A DNA stretch of 32,000 bases from Dubosiella newyorkensis. Lineage in GTDB: Bacteria; Bacillota_I; Bacilli_A; Erysipelotrichales; Erysipelotrichaceae. Every line of letters begins with the position of its first letter. Position 1 is the stretch's first letter. A program made the translations under genes and the position numbers. The notes beneath the pieces are model-generated. The model made no database searches. It worked only from the letters and a program-made list of their open reading frames with translations, and had not been told where the DNA came from. Below are positions 1-6,617 of the stretch, piece after piece. The stretch covers positions 1 to 32,000 of the forward strand of contig NZ_MPKA01000062.1 of NCBI RefSeq assembly GCF_001945605.1, read 5' to 3'.

Positions 1-526
1 TGGCCGTGAGCCTGGGAATCGGAGCCGGAAGAAGAGGAACAGCACCTACTTCATCAAATGCCACGACCTCATCCAGCAGCTGAGAAAAGCCAACGAAGAA
101 AATCGGCTGGAAAACCGTTTGAAGAATTACAGCCGGTACAAGCTGCTGATTATCGACGAAATCGGGTATCTGCCGATCACAAAAGAAGAGTCGAAACTGT
201 TCTTTCAGCTGATCGACAAACGATACGAACAGAAAAGCACGATACTGACAACCAATATCGGCTTTGGCGAATGGGACGAGATATTTCAGGACCCCGTTAT
301 GGCCAATGCGATCCTGGACAGGATCCTGCATCATGCGCATGTCGTGTCCATTACCGGAAAGTCTTACCGTATGAAAGACCATATCAAGAAGAAGCCGCAC
401 ACCGAACAGGAATAAAGCAATTGGTCAAAATCGAAAGAAGGATCGAAAAGATCCTTCAGTATCTTTCAAACAAAATTGAGCATTTTTATCTCATCGAATT
501 TGTACATTTTTAACTTGACATCTACA
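1..526 (+). mobile_element. Right-hand part of an IS21-family insertion sequence (3' part of istB plus non-coding terminal region); the left part lies outside the window
   Basis: The IstB-like ORF ends at 415. A ~110-bp non-coding tail ends ...TTGACATCTACA at 526 (TGTAGATGTCAA... on the other strand, the TG-type terminus usual for IS21 ends). Directly beyond it a phage tape-measure-like frame begins. Confidence 0.7.
2..415 (+). CDS. istB: IS21-family helper ATPase IstB, C-terminal portion (5' end off window)
   Basis: Frame 2 reads ...STYFIKCHDLIQQLRKA...YKLLIIDEIGYLP (Walker B)...STILTTNIGFGEWDEIF...AILDRILHHAHVVSITGKSYR, typical IstB motifs. The first ~12 codons fit IstB better in frame 3 (see findings). 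Confidence 0.85.
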   Translation, partial: GREPGNRSRKKRNSTYFIKCHDLIQQLRKANEENRLENRLKNYSRYKLLIIDEIGYLPITKEESKLFFQLIDKRYEQKSTILTTNIGFGEWDEIFQDPVMANAILDRILHHAHVVSITGKSYRMKDHIKKKPHTEQE

Positions 527-670
527 CTGCGCCTTGATCATGATGTCGCCGATTTTCTTTACCGTTGTGTTCAACTCCGATAATACGGTCTCGATCCTTG
601 ATAACGCCCTGGTCATCCCTTCGTCGCGTGCACTAAGGATCGCCTCGATCTTATGTTGTGTTGAACTCAT
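527..670 (-). pseudogene. 5' fragment (~48 codons) of the tape measure protein gene, truncated by the IS
   Basis: The ATG at 670 overlaps the stop of the upstream chaperone ORF (ATGA, 667-670). It translates MSSTQHKIEAILSARDEGMTRALSRIETVLSELNTTVKKIGDIMIKAQ, then runs into IS sequence and stops at 491. The position after the G/T chaperones is where siphovirus TMP genes start. Confidence 0.5.
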
Positions 671-1002
671 GACCCATCGCCTCCTTTGTTCTTTTGAGCC
701 AGAAACCTTTTATAAGCCTCCAACTGTGGTGACATTTCCTTTTTCTTCGTTTGCTTCTTTTTCAAGCGGTCCAACGCGCGCTCATAGTCATACAGTTTCG
801 TGAATTTCGCGTAGATCAGGCGCCCTTTTTTATCCCGTAAGGAAGCCTTGTTGCTCGCGTAAGCCAGCTCGTGGATCCGATAATCGAGATCGACGTTTTT
901 CAATGCCTGAGCTTCACACAAGAGGCGATATTCATGCATATCCAGGTCGAGAGCTTGCTTCATTGTGTTGTAACCGAAAAAGCGAAAACAGTTGGCTGCC
1001 AC
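667..1002 (-). CDS. Tail assembly chaperone, downstream segment (gpT-like, probably made as a -1 frameshift extension of the 1026-1439 product)
   Basis: Lies between the chaperone ORF and the TMP start. The frame is open upstream to 1155 and is the -1 frame relative to 1026-1439. The listed GTG start has only a weak SD. Confidence 0.55.
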   Translation of the reverse strand: MAANCFRFFGYNTMKQALDLDMHEYRLLCEAQALKNVDLDYRIHELAYASNKASLRDKKGRLIYAKFTKLYDYERALDRLKKKQTKKKEMSPQLEAYKRFLAQKNKGGDGS

Positions 1003-1025
1003 CTCGTCGATCAGCTCTTGGGTGC

Positions 1026-1439
1026 TTATGCTTTCAGCTCGCCCTGTTTCAGCTTGTCCATTTCCTCTTTCACGGCCGCGCCCATCGGATCGGCCATTTT
1101 CTTCAATGCCTTCCTGCAGACATTCGCTTTGTACAAAAAACTGATCACCTCGTCGCTAAAGATATCCAAGTCTTCGCAAGATTCGAGATAGCCTTCAATG
1201 TCCTTTTTCGTCGGCCTTTCCTTGGCCTCGTGATTGCATAAGCTGTAAACGATATCGCGCAGCGCGCAAATATCACCAACCTCCTGCCATTGGATTACAG
1301 CCTGTGCCAGTCCTGTTCCAGCCCCGATCGTCGGGTTGTCCTTCTTGGAAGTTTCGCCAAGCATCTCTCTGTCGATTTCTGCTAAAAACCCAAATGTAGC
1401 CCGCAATTGGTGCACTTTATCTTTGATCGTGATTTCCAT
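1026..1439 (-). CDS. Tail assembly chaperone (gpG-like)
   Basis: 137-aa acidic protein immediately downstream of the major tail gene and upstream of the TMP. Good SD (AAAAAGGAGAAAAAAT-ATG). Confidence 0.6.
   Translation of the reverse strand: MEITIKDKVHQLRATFGFLAEIDREMLGETSKKDNPTIGAGTGLAQAVIQWQEVGDICALRDIVYSLCNHEAKERPTKKDIEGYLESCEDLDIFSDEVISFLYKANVCRKALKKMADPMGAAVKEEMDKLKQGELKA
1134..1140 (-). other. Candidate -1 programmed frameshift heptamer U UUU UUG
   Basis: The - strand reads AGT TTT TTG in the zero frame of 1026-1439, so T TTT TTG has X XXY YYZ phasing. It sits inside the 130-nt overlap with the open -1 frame. Confidence 0.45.
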
Positions 1440-1451
1440 ATTTTTTCTCCT

Positions 1452-1487
1452 TTTTAAAAATAAAAAGGAGTCGTTTAAAGACTCCTT
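1452..1487 (-). terminator. Rho-independent terminator/attenuator after the major tail gene
   Basis: - strand: AAGGAGTC-TTTAAAC-GACTCCTT (8-bp stem) followed by TTTTATTTTT. Confidence 0.6.
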
Positions 1488-2067
1488 ATGAATTGCTCTC
1501 GGCAGCGGTTTGAACTACTGTGTCTTTAAATACGTACTGAGCCGCTTCCAGCTGTTCCTGTGTCAAGGTCGCGTAGCCATCTTTAGGCTCGCCAAAAACA
1601 CCGACCGTTAAAGAATACTCAGTAAAATCCTCCGCATTTGCGGTCAGTTCAAACTCCGTAATATAGCCGTTATAGTAGCAGGATTCGTATTTCCCTGCAT
1701 TCTCTCCCGTACCTTCGATCGCTGTATTAATTTCCCAGACCTCAACGACCTTATCTTTCAATAAAGCCGCTTTTACCTTTTTAACGTTCTCGTCGCCTTT
1801 AGCGAAAAGAGCGTTCAGTGTGATCTCAATCTCTGCTCCTCCTGGAACACGAACTGATCCAGACTTTGTTACAACATTGTCCGCGTCCTTGGAAATGCTG
1901 GTCGATCCTTCCGTCTGAAATGCCAGAATCATCGCCGCTTCTTTTGTCAAATCTTCCAGGACACGAACTAAATACATAATTTTCGATCCCTGCACCGGTT
2001 CGGCCGCAAAGATCTGCAAGTCAAAATTCTGAATATTGACCTTGTTGAAATCAATTTTTGTTTTCAT
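1486..2067 (-). CDS. Major tail protein
   Basis: About 193 aa from the ATG at 2067 (SD GGAGGAAATAAG). Position before the chaperones. Sequence MKTKIDFNKVNIQNFDLQIFAAEP...LVRVLEDLTKEAA resembles phi13-type major tail proteins. Confidence 0.75.
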   Translation of the reverse strand: MKTKIDFNKVNIQNFDLQIFAAEPVQGSKIMYLVRVLEDLTKEAAMILAFQTEGSTSISKDADNVVTKSGSVRVPGGAEIEITLNALFAKGDENVKKVKAALLKDKVVEVWEINTAIEGTGENAGKYESCYYNGYITEFELTANAEDFTEYSLTVGVFGEPKDGYATLTQEQLEAAQYVFKDTVVQTAAESNS

Positions 2068-2068
2068 C

Positions 2069-2464
2069 TTATTTCCTCCAATATTTGTACTCACAATTCA
2101 CCAGCCCATGCATCAGTGGCTCCGATGTCGTATCATCTGGCAAAATGTCTTCGTCTCCTCCAGACATGCACCAGCCGTAAGAGGGCGAGGCGTCGATCGA
2201 TTGTGCGATACGGCGAATTCCAAAAAGCAAGGAGGAAAAATCGCCCCTCGCTCGAATGTTGTTCGTCCACGCGTGAATTGTAATATTTACCCGGCCGAAA
2301 AAGCCGCCTTTCACCTGATAAGAGGCAGAATCCTGCGTATTGCCAATGTAGATGAAAGGGTACGGCGTGTCCTCGGGAGGCAAATCTCCATCGTATACCC
2401 GATCTGGGAACGCTTTTTCAAGTGCCACACGAAACTGGCTGAATAACTCTTGTTGTGGACTCAT
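2069..2464 (-). CDS. Tail terminator / tail completion-type protein (assigned by position)
   Basis: 131 aa, directly upstream of the major tail gene. Stop lies next to the major tail start. Confidence 0.5.
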   Translation of the reverse strand: MSPQQELFSQFRVALEKAFPDRVYDGDLPPEDTPYPFIYIGNTQDSASYQVKGGFFGRVNITIHAWTNNIRARGDFSSLLFGIRRIAQSIDASPSYGWCMSGGDEDILPDDTTSEPLMHGLVNCEYKYWRK

Positions 2465-2808
2465 AGATCACTGATCGCCGCCTTTTTCAAGTCGATAATG
2501 AAGCGGTCTTTCTGGGCGTTGAACGCCGGTTCCATATATGGCTGCGCCTTCATAAATCGAGTGCCCAGCTCGACATATTCGGAATAGTGCGGTGTGGCAA
2601 AAACGACCCCCGTCTTTCCGCCATCTCGCATTTCAAGGCCAATGTTCCGCTTCAATGTTCCGGTATCGACTGGGCAAAGATCTTGTGCGCGCCCTTGCAT
2701 TTCCGAAGTGTTTTGAGCCACAGCTCGTGTGATCTTTGCTGGATCCGCCGCCTTGATCAGTTTCCGCTGCATCTCGTTCAGCCCACTAATATCGCATATA
2801 AGCCTCAT
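2461..2808 (-). CDS. HK97 gp10-family neck/tail-completion protein
   Basis: Motifs ...CPVDTGTLKRNI...YSEYVELGTRFMKAQPYMEPAF are typical of HK97-gp10-like proteins. ATGA overlaps on both sides. Confidence 0.7.
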   Translation of the reverse strand: MRLICDISGLNEMQRKLIKAADPAKITRAVAQNTSEMQGRAQDLCPVDTGTLKRNIGLEMRDGGKTGVVFATPHYSEYVELGTRFMKAQPYMEPAFNAQKDRFIIDLKKAAISDL

Positions 2809-3110
2809 TCCTGTACCTCCGTAAGCACGAACGTCTGCTTATGGCGCAGATTGCGTGCCCTTTCCACTTTGTAAAGTTTTTCGCCGATCCGGATCCGATC
2901 GAACGCCCGATCGTAATGATTTTGGATGTGGGCAGTTACGCTACCATCCTCAATTCGGCCGTAGATCAGACGCATCATGTCAACGCCCGTATCAAAGACG
3001 CTGGCCATCCGTCGCGTTTCAGAGATCGTTTGCGGTCCGTAGTTGCCTGTTGCGGCGTCATACGCGCCGTGTTCGATTTTCTGAAAGAAGATCGGGGTGT
3101 CGTATCTCAT
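2805..3110 (-). CDS. Head closure / head-tail adaptor protein
   Basis: The start at the ATG at 3110 forms an ATGA overlap with the upstream stop. About 101 aa (MRYDTPIFFQKIEHGAYDAATGNY...RIRIGEKLYKV), consistent in size and position with SPP1 gp16-like adaptors. Confidence 0.6.
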   Translation of the reverse strand: MRYDTPIFFQKIEHGAYDAATGNYGPQTISETRRMASVFDTGVDMMRLIYGRIEDGSVTAHIQNHYDRAFDRIRIGEKLYKVERARNLRHKQTFVLTEVQE

Positions 3111-3442
3111 AGGAACCGCACCCGCCCTTTCTTCTGGTCGTGTTGTTTGGACCTCCATGCCTGCATATCATCTTCGAATGGCGCGAAGTCATCATCGGTA
3201 AACGTCATACTTTCGCCTTCGATCGAATGGCTTGCCACGCCTTCCGATCCGATCCGGTTGAACCGTTTGATCGCGACTTCGACCAGGATGTAGGACAGCT
3301 CCTCTGGCATCGTCTGAACGCCCAGGAGCACGAGGAGGCGCGCCTGCGCGAGATTCAGGACCGCTTTGAGTTGGTCATCGTTCGCTTCATCGCGCTGATC
3401 GAGCATCAATTTGATCGTCTGCAACGTTTCCACGTCTCTCAC
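3107..3442 (-). CDS. gp6-like head-tail connector (DNA-packaging) protein
   Basis: 111 aa just after the capsid gene. The N-terminal LKLMLDQRDEANDDQLKAVLNLAQARL pattern is typical of gp6-like connector proteins. Confidence 0.6.
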   Translation of the reverse strand: MRDVETLQTIKLMLDQRDEANDDQLKAVLNLAQARLLVLLGVQTMPEELSYILVEVAIKRFNRIGSEGVASHSIEGESMTFTDDDFAPFEDDMQAWRSKQHDQKKGRVRFL

Positions 3443-3457
3443 CTACGTTTCTCGCTG

Positions 3458-4396
3458 CTACTTCGAGGACGGCGTGGCAGTCGTAGTCAATTTGACTTTA
3501 GCGACAGCCTTCTTGTTAACTTCCGGAATATACTCGCCAGACTTACCATGTCCTTGAAGCGCAACGCCATCAAAATCCTGCGCTTCGATCGTACGAGTCG
3601 TGTTGATACCGGTAAATGCCTTAGCAATGCCTTCGATGTAAGCGTAGACAACTTCGTTCTCCCCAAAATAGTCTTCTGCAACTTCCGTGATGACAAAGCC
3701 TTTGAATTTGCGTGCTTCATTGTCATCGATATTCACTGTGGATCCTTTGCTCGTTGTTGTCAGCCCGCTGTCTACGATCGCGTTATATACATCTGGTGTT
3801 ACTTTAGCGATTCTCTTACCTTTGGCTTTGACGTTCGTGAAGTATTTGGACAACTCACTGAACAATGCGGCGACCGTATCTTTCGTGATGCTGCTCACTT
3901 CGATCGTTTTCGAAGCGCTCTTCGAAATGAATGCTGCATGCTTACCGTTTAGTTCCTCAGTCACAGCCTGTGCCTGCAGATCGAGGCGATCGGCGATAGC
4001 TTGTTCAAAATCGGCATTGACCGTAGACCGGTCTACACCTTCGTGGAAAGCCCACTCTGCTGTATACGGAACATCGGTATCTTTATAGATGACTTCCGTG
4101 CGGTTTCCAAAACGAGATGTGCTTTCAGTGCCGGTACCAAACGCGACATTTTCGCCTTTGTTGTAAGTCCCGATCGTGACCGGGATATCCGACGTCTTGA
4201 CACTGAATGCCGTCGCGGAATCCCGAACGCCATCCACCACATCGATCTTCCCTCCAACGAAAAAGTCATTGAATTGGGCTTGTACACCGAATACGGCTAA
4301 CATGAGTTCTTTAAACTCCTTGCTGAACACCCGGATGTTCGAATTTTGCGGTTCATCCGCAAACATCTGAAGATTGATCTTTTTCATTCGCTTCAT
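3458..4396 (-). CDS. Major capsid protein with an L27-like N-terminal leader
   Basis: 312 aa following the scaffold gene. N-terminus MKRMKKINLQMFADEP. SD AAGAGG. Confidence 0.8.
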   Translation of the reverse strand: MKRMKKINLQMFADEPQNSNIRVFSKEFKELMLAVFGVQAQFNDFFVGGKIDVVDGVRDSATAFSVKTSDIPVTIGTYNKGENVAFGTGTESTSRFGNRTEVIYKDTDVPYTAEWAFHEGVDRSTVNADFEQAIADRLDLQAQAVTEELNGKHAAFISKSASKTIEVSSITKDTVAALFSELSKYFTNVKAKGKRIAKVTPDVYNAIVDSGLTTTSKGSTVNIDDNEARKFKGFVITEVAEDYFGENEVVYAYIEGIAKAFTGINTTRTIEAQDFDGVALQGHGKSGEYIPEVNKKAVAKVKLTTTATPSSK

Positions 4397-4412
4397 ACTT
4401 TTTACCTCTTTT

Positions 4413-5003
4413 CTATCGTTTATACTTATTCAGTTTTGCTTCGAAAGGGCTTGGCTTTTCATGGTCGGTCCGGTATATTTTCGGAGTTCGTCCCAGTGCC
4501 CTTTCAGCTTCGACTGCTTTACGATCTGCCTTGATGACCGACACGAGCTTCTCGATCCGCACGTTCGTATCTTCGGCAGTTTCTCCGACTACGAAGTCCA
4601 GGATATCCTGGGTAGCCGTGATCTTGTGATTCTCTTGAAGAATCGTGGCAGCGCTCTTGGAAAGTTCAGTACGTTGGGCTTGCTTTTCCAGCTGCGCGAT
4701 CTGGTTTTTCAAGTTCTCGTTTTCCGTCTGGATCTTTTCCTGTTCATACGCCTTTTTTTGTTCTTCGTTCATCTTTGCAAGCTTTTGCGCTTCTGTCCGA
4801 GCTTCCTCGATCTTTTTTTGGTTCTCTTTTTCAGCCCGTTTCAAACGCTCCTTCACGATCCGGTCCAGTTCTGCCTGGGTGAACGTCTTCTCCCTTTTTT
4901 CCTCTTCCGGTGCGTTTTCTTTAGCGTCCGGAGCGGTTTGCTCCTGTGGAGCATCTGTCTCGTCCGCAAAAAGCTGCAAGTTGAATGGTTTCACAATAAA
5001 CAT
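4413..5003 (-). CDS. Scaffolding protein with an L27-like N-terminal leader
   Basis: Start at the ATG at 5003 (SD GGGAGGTAAG). Sequence MFIVKPFNLQLFADETD..., then a long charged coiled-coil region rich in E/K/Q. Confidence 0.7.
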   Translation of the reverse strand: MFIVKPFNLQLFADETDAPQEQTAPDAKENAPEEEKREKTFTQAELDRIVKERLKRAEKENQKKIEEARTEAQKLAKMNEEQKKAYEQEKIQTENENLKNQIAQLEKQAQRTELSKSAATILQENHKITATQDILDFVVGETAEDTNVRIEKLVSVIKADRKAVEAERALGRTPKIYRTDHEKPSPFEAKLNKYKR

Positions 5004-5106
5004 TTTTCTTACCTCCCATAGTTTTACGTCACAATGTTTGACTTCCGTACCTTTTAACGTCTTGAACGTTTGGACATATAAAAAGGACAACGAATTCCGC
5101 TGCCCT

Positions 5107-5421
5107 CTATCCCTTTTTCATGTATGCGCATTTAACATGATCAGGGTACGCGCTGGCGATACTCATGCAGCCGAGCCGAAAACTTTCGACCAGCAGGATC
5201 GCATCATCCTCCGCGTGATTGCCATAAATTTGATGCCAGCCCTCCGTCTGATCATGGTAGATACAGGCACCCGTCAACTCTTCGATCGACTGGATCAGAT
5301 TTTCAAATAGCGCTGAGATTGCGCTGCACACGATGTCTTTTCCAGGTTCTGCGTATTGAGCATGCCCCGTGATCGTGATCACGAACTCTTTTCTTCGCCG
5401 CTCTACTTTGATGTCGATCAT
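5107..5421 (-). CDS. prp: Prp-like cysteine protease (ribosomal-protein-L27-processing protease family, DUF464)
   Basis: Start at the ATG at 5421 (SD GAGGAG). Sequence MIDIKVERRRKEFVITITGHAQYAEPGKDIVCSAISAL carries the His/Cys dyad context (GHA...G.DIVC.A.SA) characteristic of Prp. About 104 aa, as for Prp. Confidence 0.8.
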   Translation of the reverse strand: MIDIKVERRRKEFVITITGHAQYAEPGKDIVCSAISALFENLIQSIEELTGACIYHDQTEGWHQIYGNHAEDDAILLVESFRLGCMSIASAYPDHVKCAYMKKG

Positions 5422-5603
5422 AGCTTGTTCTCCTCGAACAGCTCTAGCAGTGCCTTCTGGAATGCTAATGAAAATACGATAACAAAAGGCAGATACAGCG
5501 GCGAGAATACGATCCACCAGGATAGATCGAAGCCGAAGAAGGTTTTCAAAGCGAACATCCCAATAAACAGGATCGTAAAAAGCCTTGGTAGATATCTTGT
5601 CAT
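5418..5603 (-). CDS. Small two-TM membrane protein
   Basis: The ATG at 5603 is preceded by TAGGAGGAG. 61 aa: MTRYLPRLFTILFIGMFALKTFFGFDLSWWIVFSPLYLPFVIVFSLAF.... ATGA overlap with the prp start. Confidence 0.5.
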   Translation of the reverse strand: MTRYLPRLFTILFIGMFALKTFFGFDLSWWIVFSPLYLPFVIVFSLAFQKALLELFEENKL

Positions 5604-5616
5604 TCGTGATCTCCTC

Positions 5617-6009
5617 CTAATCGTCATGTGTTACTTTGACACCCCATTCTGGCAAAAAGTTTAATTCATAATGGTATGGATCCGAGTTGGCGCCTGAAAT
5701 GTCTTCCATCACATAGATTGTTTCGTCAGACACATGGATAAAGTGTCGTTTATACACCCCTTTCGCCACCTCGCAAGTGACTTCGAGCTCTCCGCGCTCT
5801 GATGTATCCAACGCGAATGTGCCTTCCATTTCAAAAACGACAGTATCGGTCCTGTTGTTGATCACGGTCAAGCGTCGTTGAATATTGAAGTTGTCGGCTT
5901 CATCAGACAAATTATGTCGGACTTTATCGACCTCTGTACATCCAGCTATTCCGGCCATAAGAAAAGCCGTCATAAGGACGGCTGTAATAGATTTCATGAT
6001 TGTTTCCAT
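5617..6009 (-). CDS. Predicted lipoprotein
   Basis: Signal peptide plus lipobox: MKSITAVLMTAFLMAGIAG|C. 130 aa. Confidence 0.65.
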   Translation of the reverse strand: METIMKSITAVLMTAFLMAGIAGCTEVDKVRHNLSDEADNFNIQRRLTVINNRTDTVVFEMEGTFALDTSERGELEVTCEVAKGVYKRHFIHVSDETIYVMEDISGANSDPYHYELNFLPEWGVKVTHDD

Positions 6010-6026
6010 TGAATTTCCTTTCTGAC

Positions 6027-6054
6027 AAAATAAAAACCGTGCACATTACACGGC
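6027..6054 (-). terminator. Rho-independent terminator after the YjcQ-like gene
   Basis: - strand: AGCCGTG-TAATGTG-CACGG followed by TTTTTATTTT. Confidence 0.6.
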
Positions 6055-6062
6055 TAAAGAAA

Positions 6063-6425
6063 TTAAATTTTTGCGGTAAGCCCAGCGATAACGCCTTCTA
6101 AAACAACAAAGAATGATTGGCCGAGAAAATCCTTGGCTTTCGTCATCCCCTGATTTTCTTCCAAGTACTCCACGCCTTTTAACGTGATATGGATTCCATT
6201 ATCAACCCAACCCGATCCGTTTTTCGTCCGGTATGCCATCAACCCTTCGATGAATCCGGAGCGGATCAGCTCTGAAATGATAACCTTCCAATATGCTTCC
6301 GGAATCTCGATTAATTTCGAATTGTATTGCAAATCCGACCATTGCGGAGTCTTCCCGGCTTTCAGACATTCGTATAGGTACATCAAAATCTTGCAGATGA
6401 CGACCTGCATATCGTTGTGTGCCAT
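6063..6425 (-). CDS. YjcQ-family (winged-helix-like) protein with a hydrophobic C-terminus
   Basis: The pattern ...VIISELIRSGFIEGL...ITLKGVEYLEENQGMTKAKDFL parallels B. subtilis YjcQ (...FLKREGYIIGV...LTEKGENYLKENGTWSKAYK). Flanked by terminators on both sides. Confidence 0.6.
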   Translation of the reverse strand: MAHNDMQVVICKILMYLYECLKAGKTPQWSDLQYNSKLIEIPEAYWKVIISELIRSGFIEGLMAYRTKNGSGWVDNGIHITLKGVEYLEENQGMTKAKDFLGQSFFVVLEGVIAGLTAKI

Positions 6426-6446
6426 GGTTACCTCCTTTTTACAGAA

Positions 6447-6475
6447 TAAAAAACCGTGTCGATTGATACACGGCT
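6447..6475 (-). terminator. Rho-independent terminator between the MuF gene/leader and the YjcQ-like gene
   Basis: - strand: CCGTGT-ATCAATCG-ACACGG followed by TTTTTTATT. Confidence 0.65.
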
Positions 6476-6484
6476 TCTTAAATT

Positions 6485-6580
6485 AAGAAACTTTCGCCGG
6501 GCCCCGCCTTCCCCCGGTTCGCTTTTGACCACTTCGGTGCTGATGTTTGCAGGATCGTTTCACATCCTCGAAAGCCTCTT
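6485..6580 (-). ncRNA. GC-rich structured RNA segment (candidate leader or cis-regulatory element)
   Basis: - strand: AAGAGGCUUUCG (6580-6569) pairs with CGAAAGUUUCUU (6496-6485). This is 12 bp including 2 G-U pairs that exist only on the - strand. It encloses hairpins AGGAU/AUCCU, CAC/GUG and CCGGG/CCCGG. Confidence 0.35.
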
Positions 6581-6589
6581 TGTATTTAT

Positions 6590-6617
6590 ATTTTAGCACT
6601 TTATTTCTTTGAGTAAA
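6590..6617 (-). promoter_or_regulatory. Candidate sigma-A promoter overlapping the MuF stop, reading into the structured leader
   Basis: - strand: TTTACT (6617-6612), 16 nt, TAAAAT (6595-6590). Confidence 0.35.

Noticed and set aside
58-513. A 151-aa + strand ORF overlapping istB in another frame.
   Set aside because: The IstB frame has unmistakable family motifs. This frame is an Arg/Gln/Pro-rich overlap product.
3140-5310. Long + strand ORFs (3140-3952, 4374-5021, 4645-5310) overlapping the connector, capsid and scaffold genes.
   Set aside because: They are antisense shadows of well-supported - strand structural genes. Their composition is low-complexity (F/L/S/R-rich) and they have no SD.
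6485-6580. GC-rich structured segment considered as a tRNA or a c-di-GMP-I (GEMM) riboswitch because of GCAAAC and AAAAGC elements.
   Set aside because: No cloverleaf with the right arm lengths or T-loop is present. The hairpins are too short and lack the GNRA tetraloop/receptor arrangement and conserved junction nucleotides of GEMM-I. It is kept only as an unclassified structured leader.
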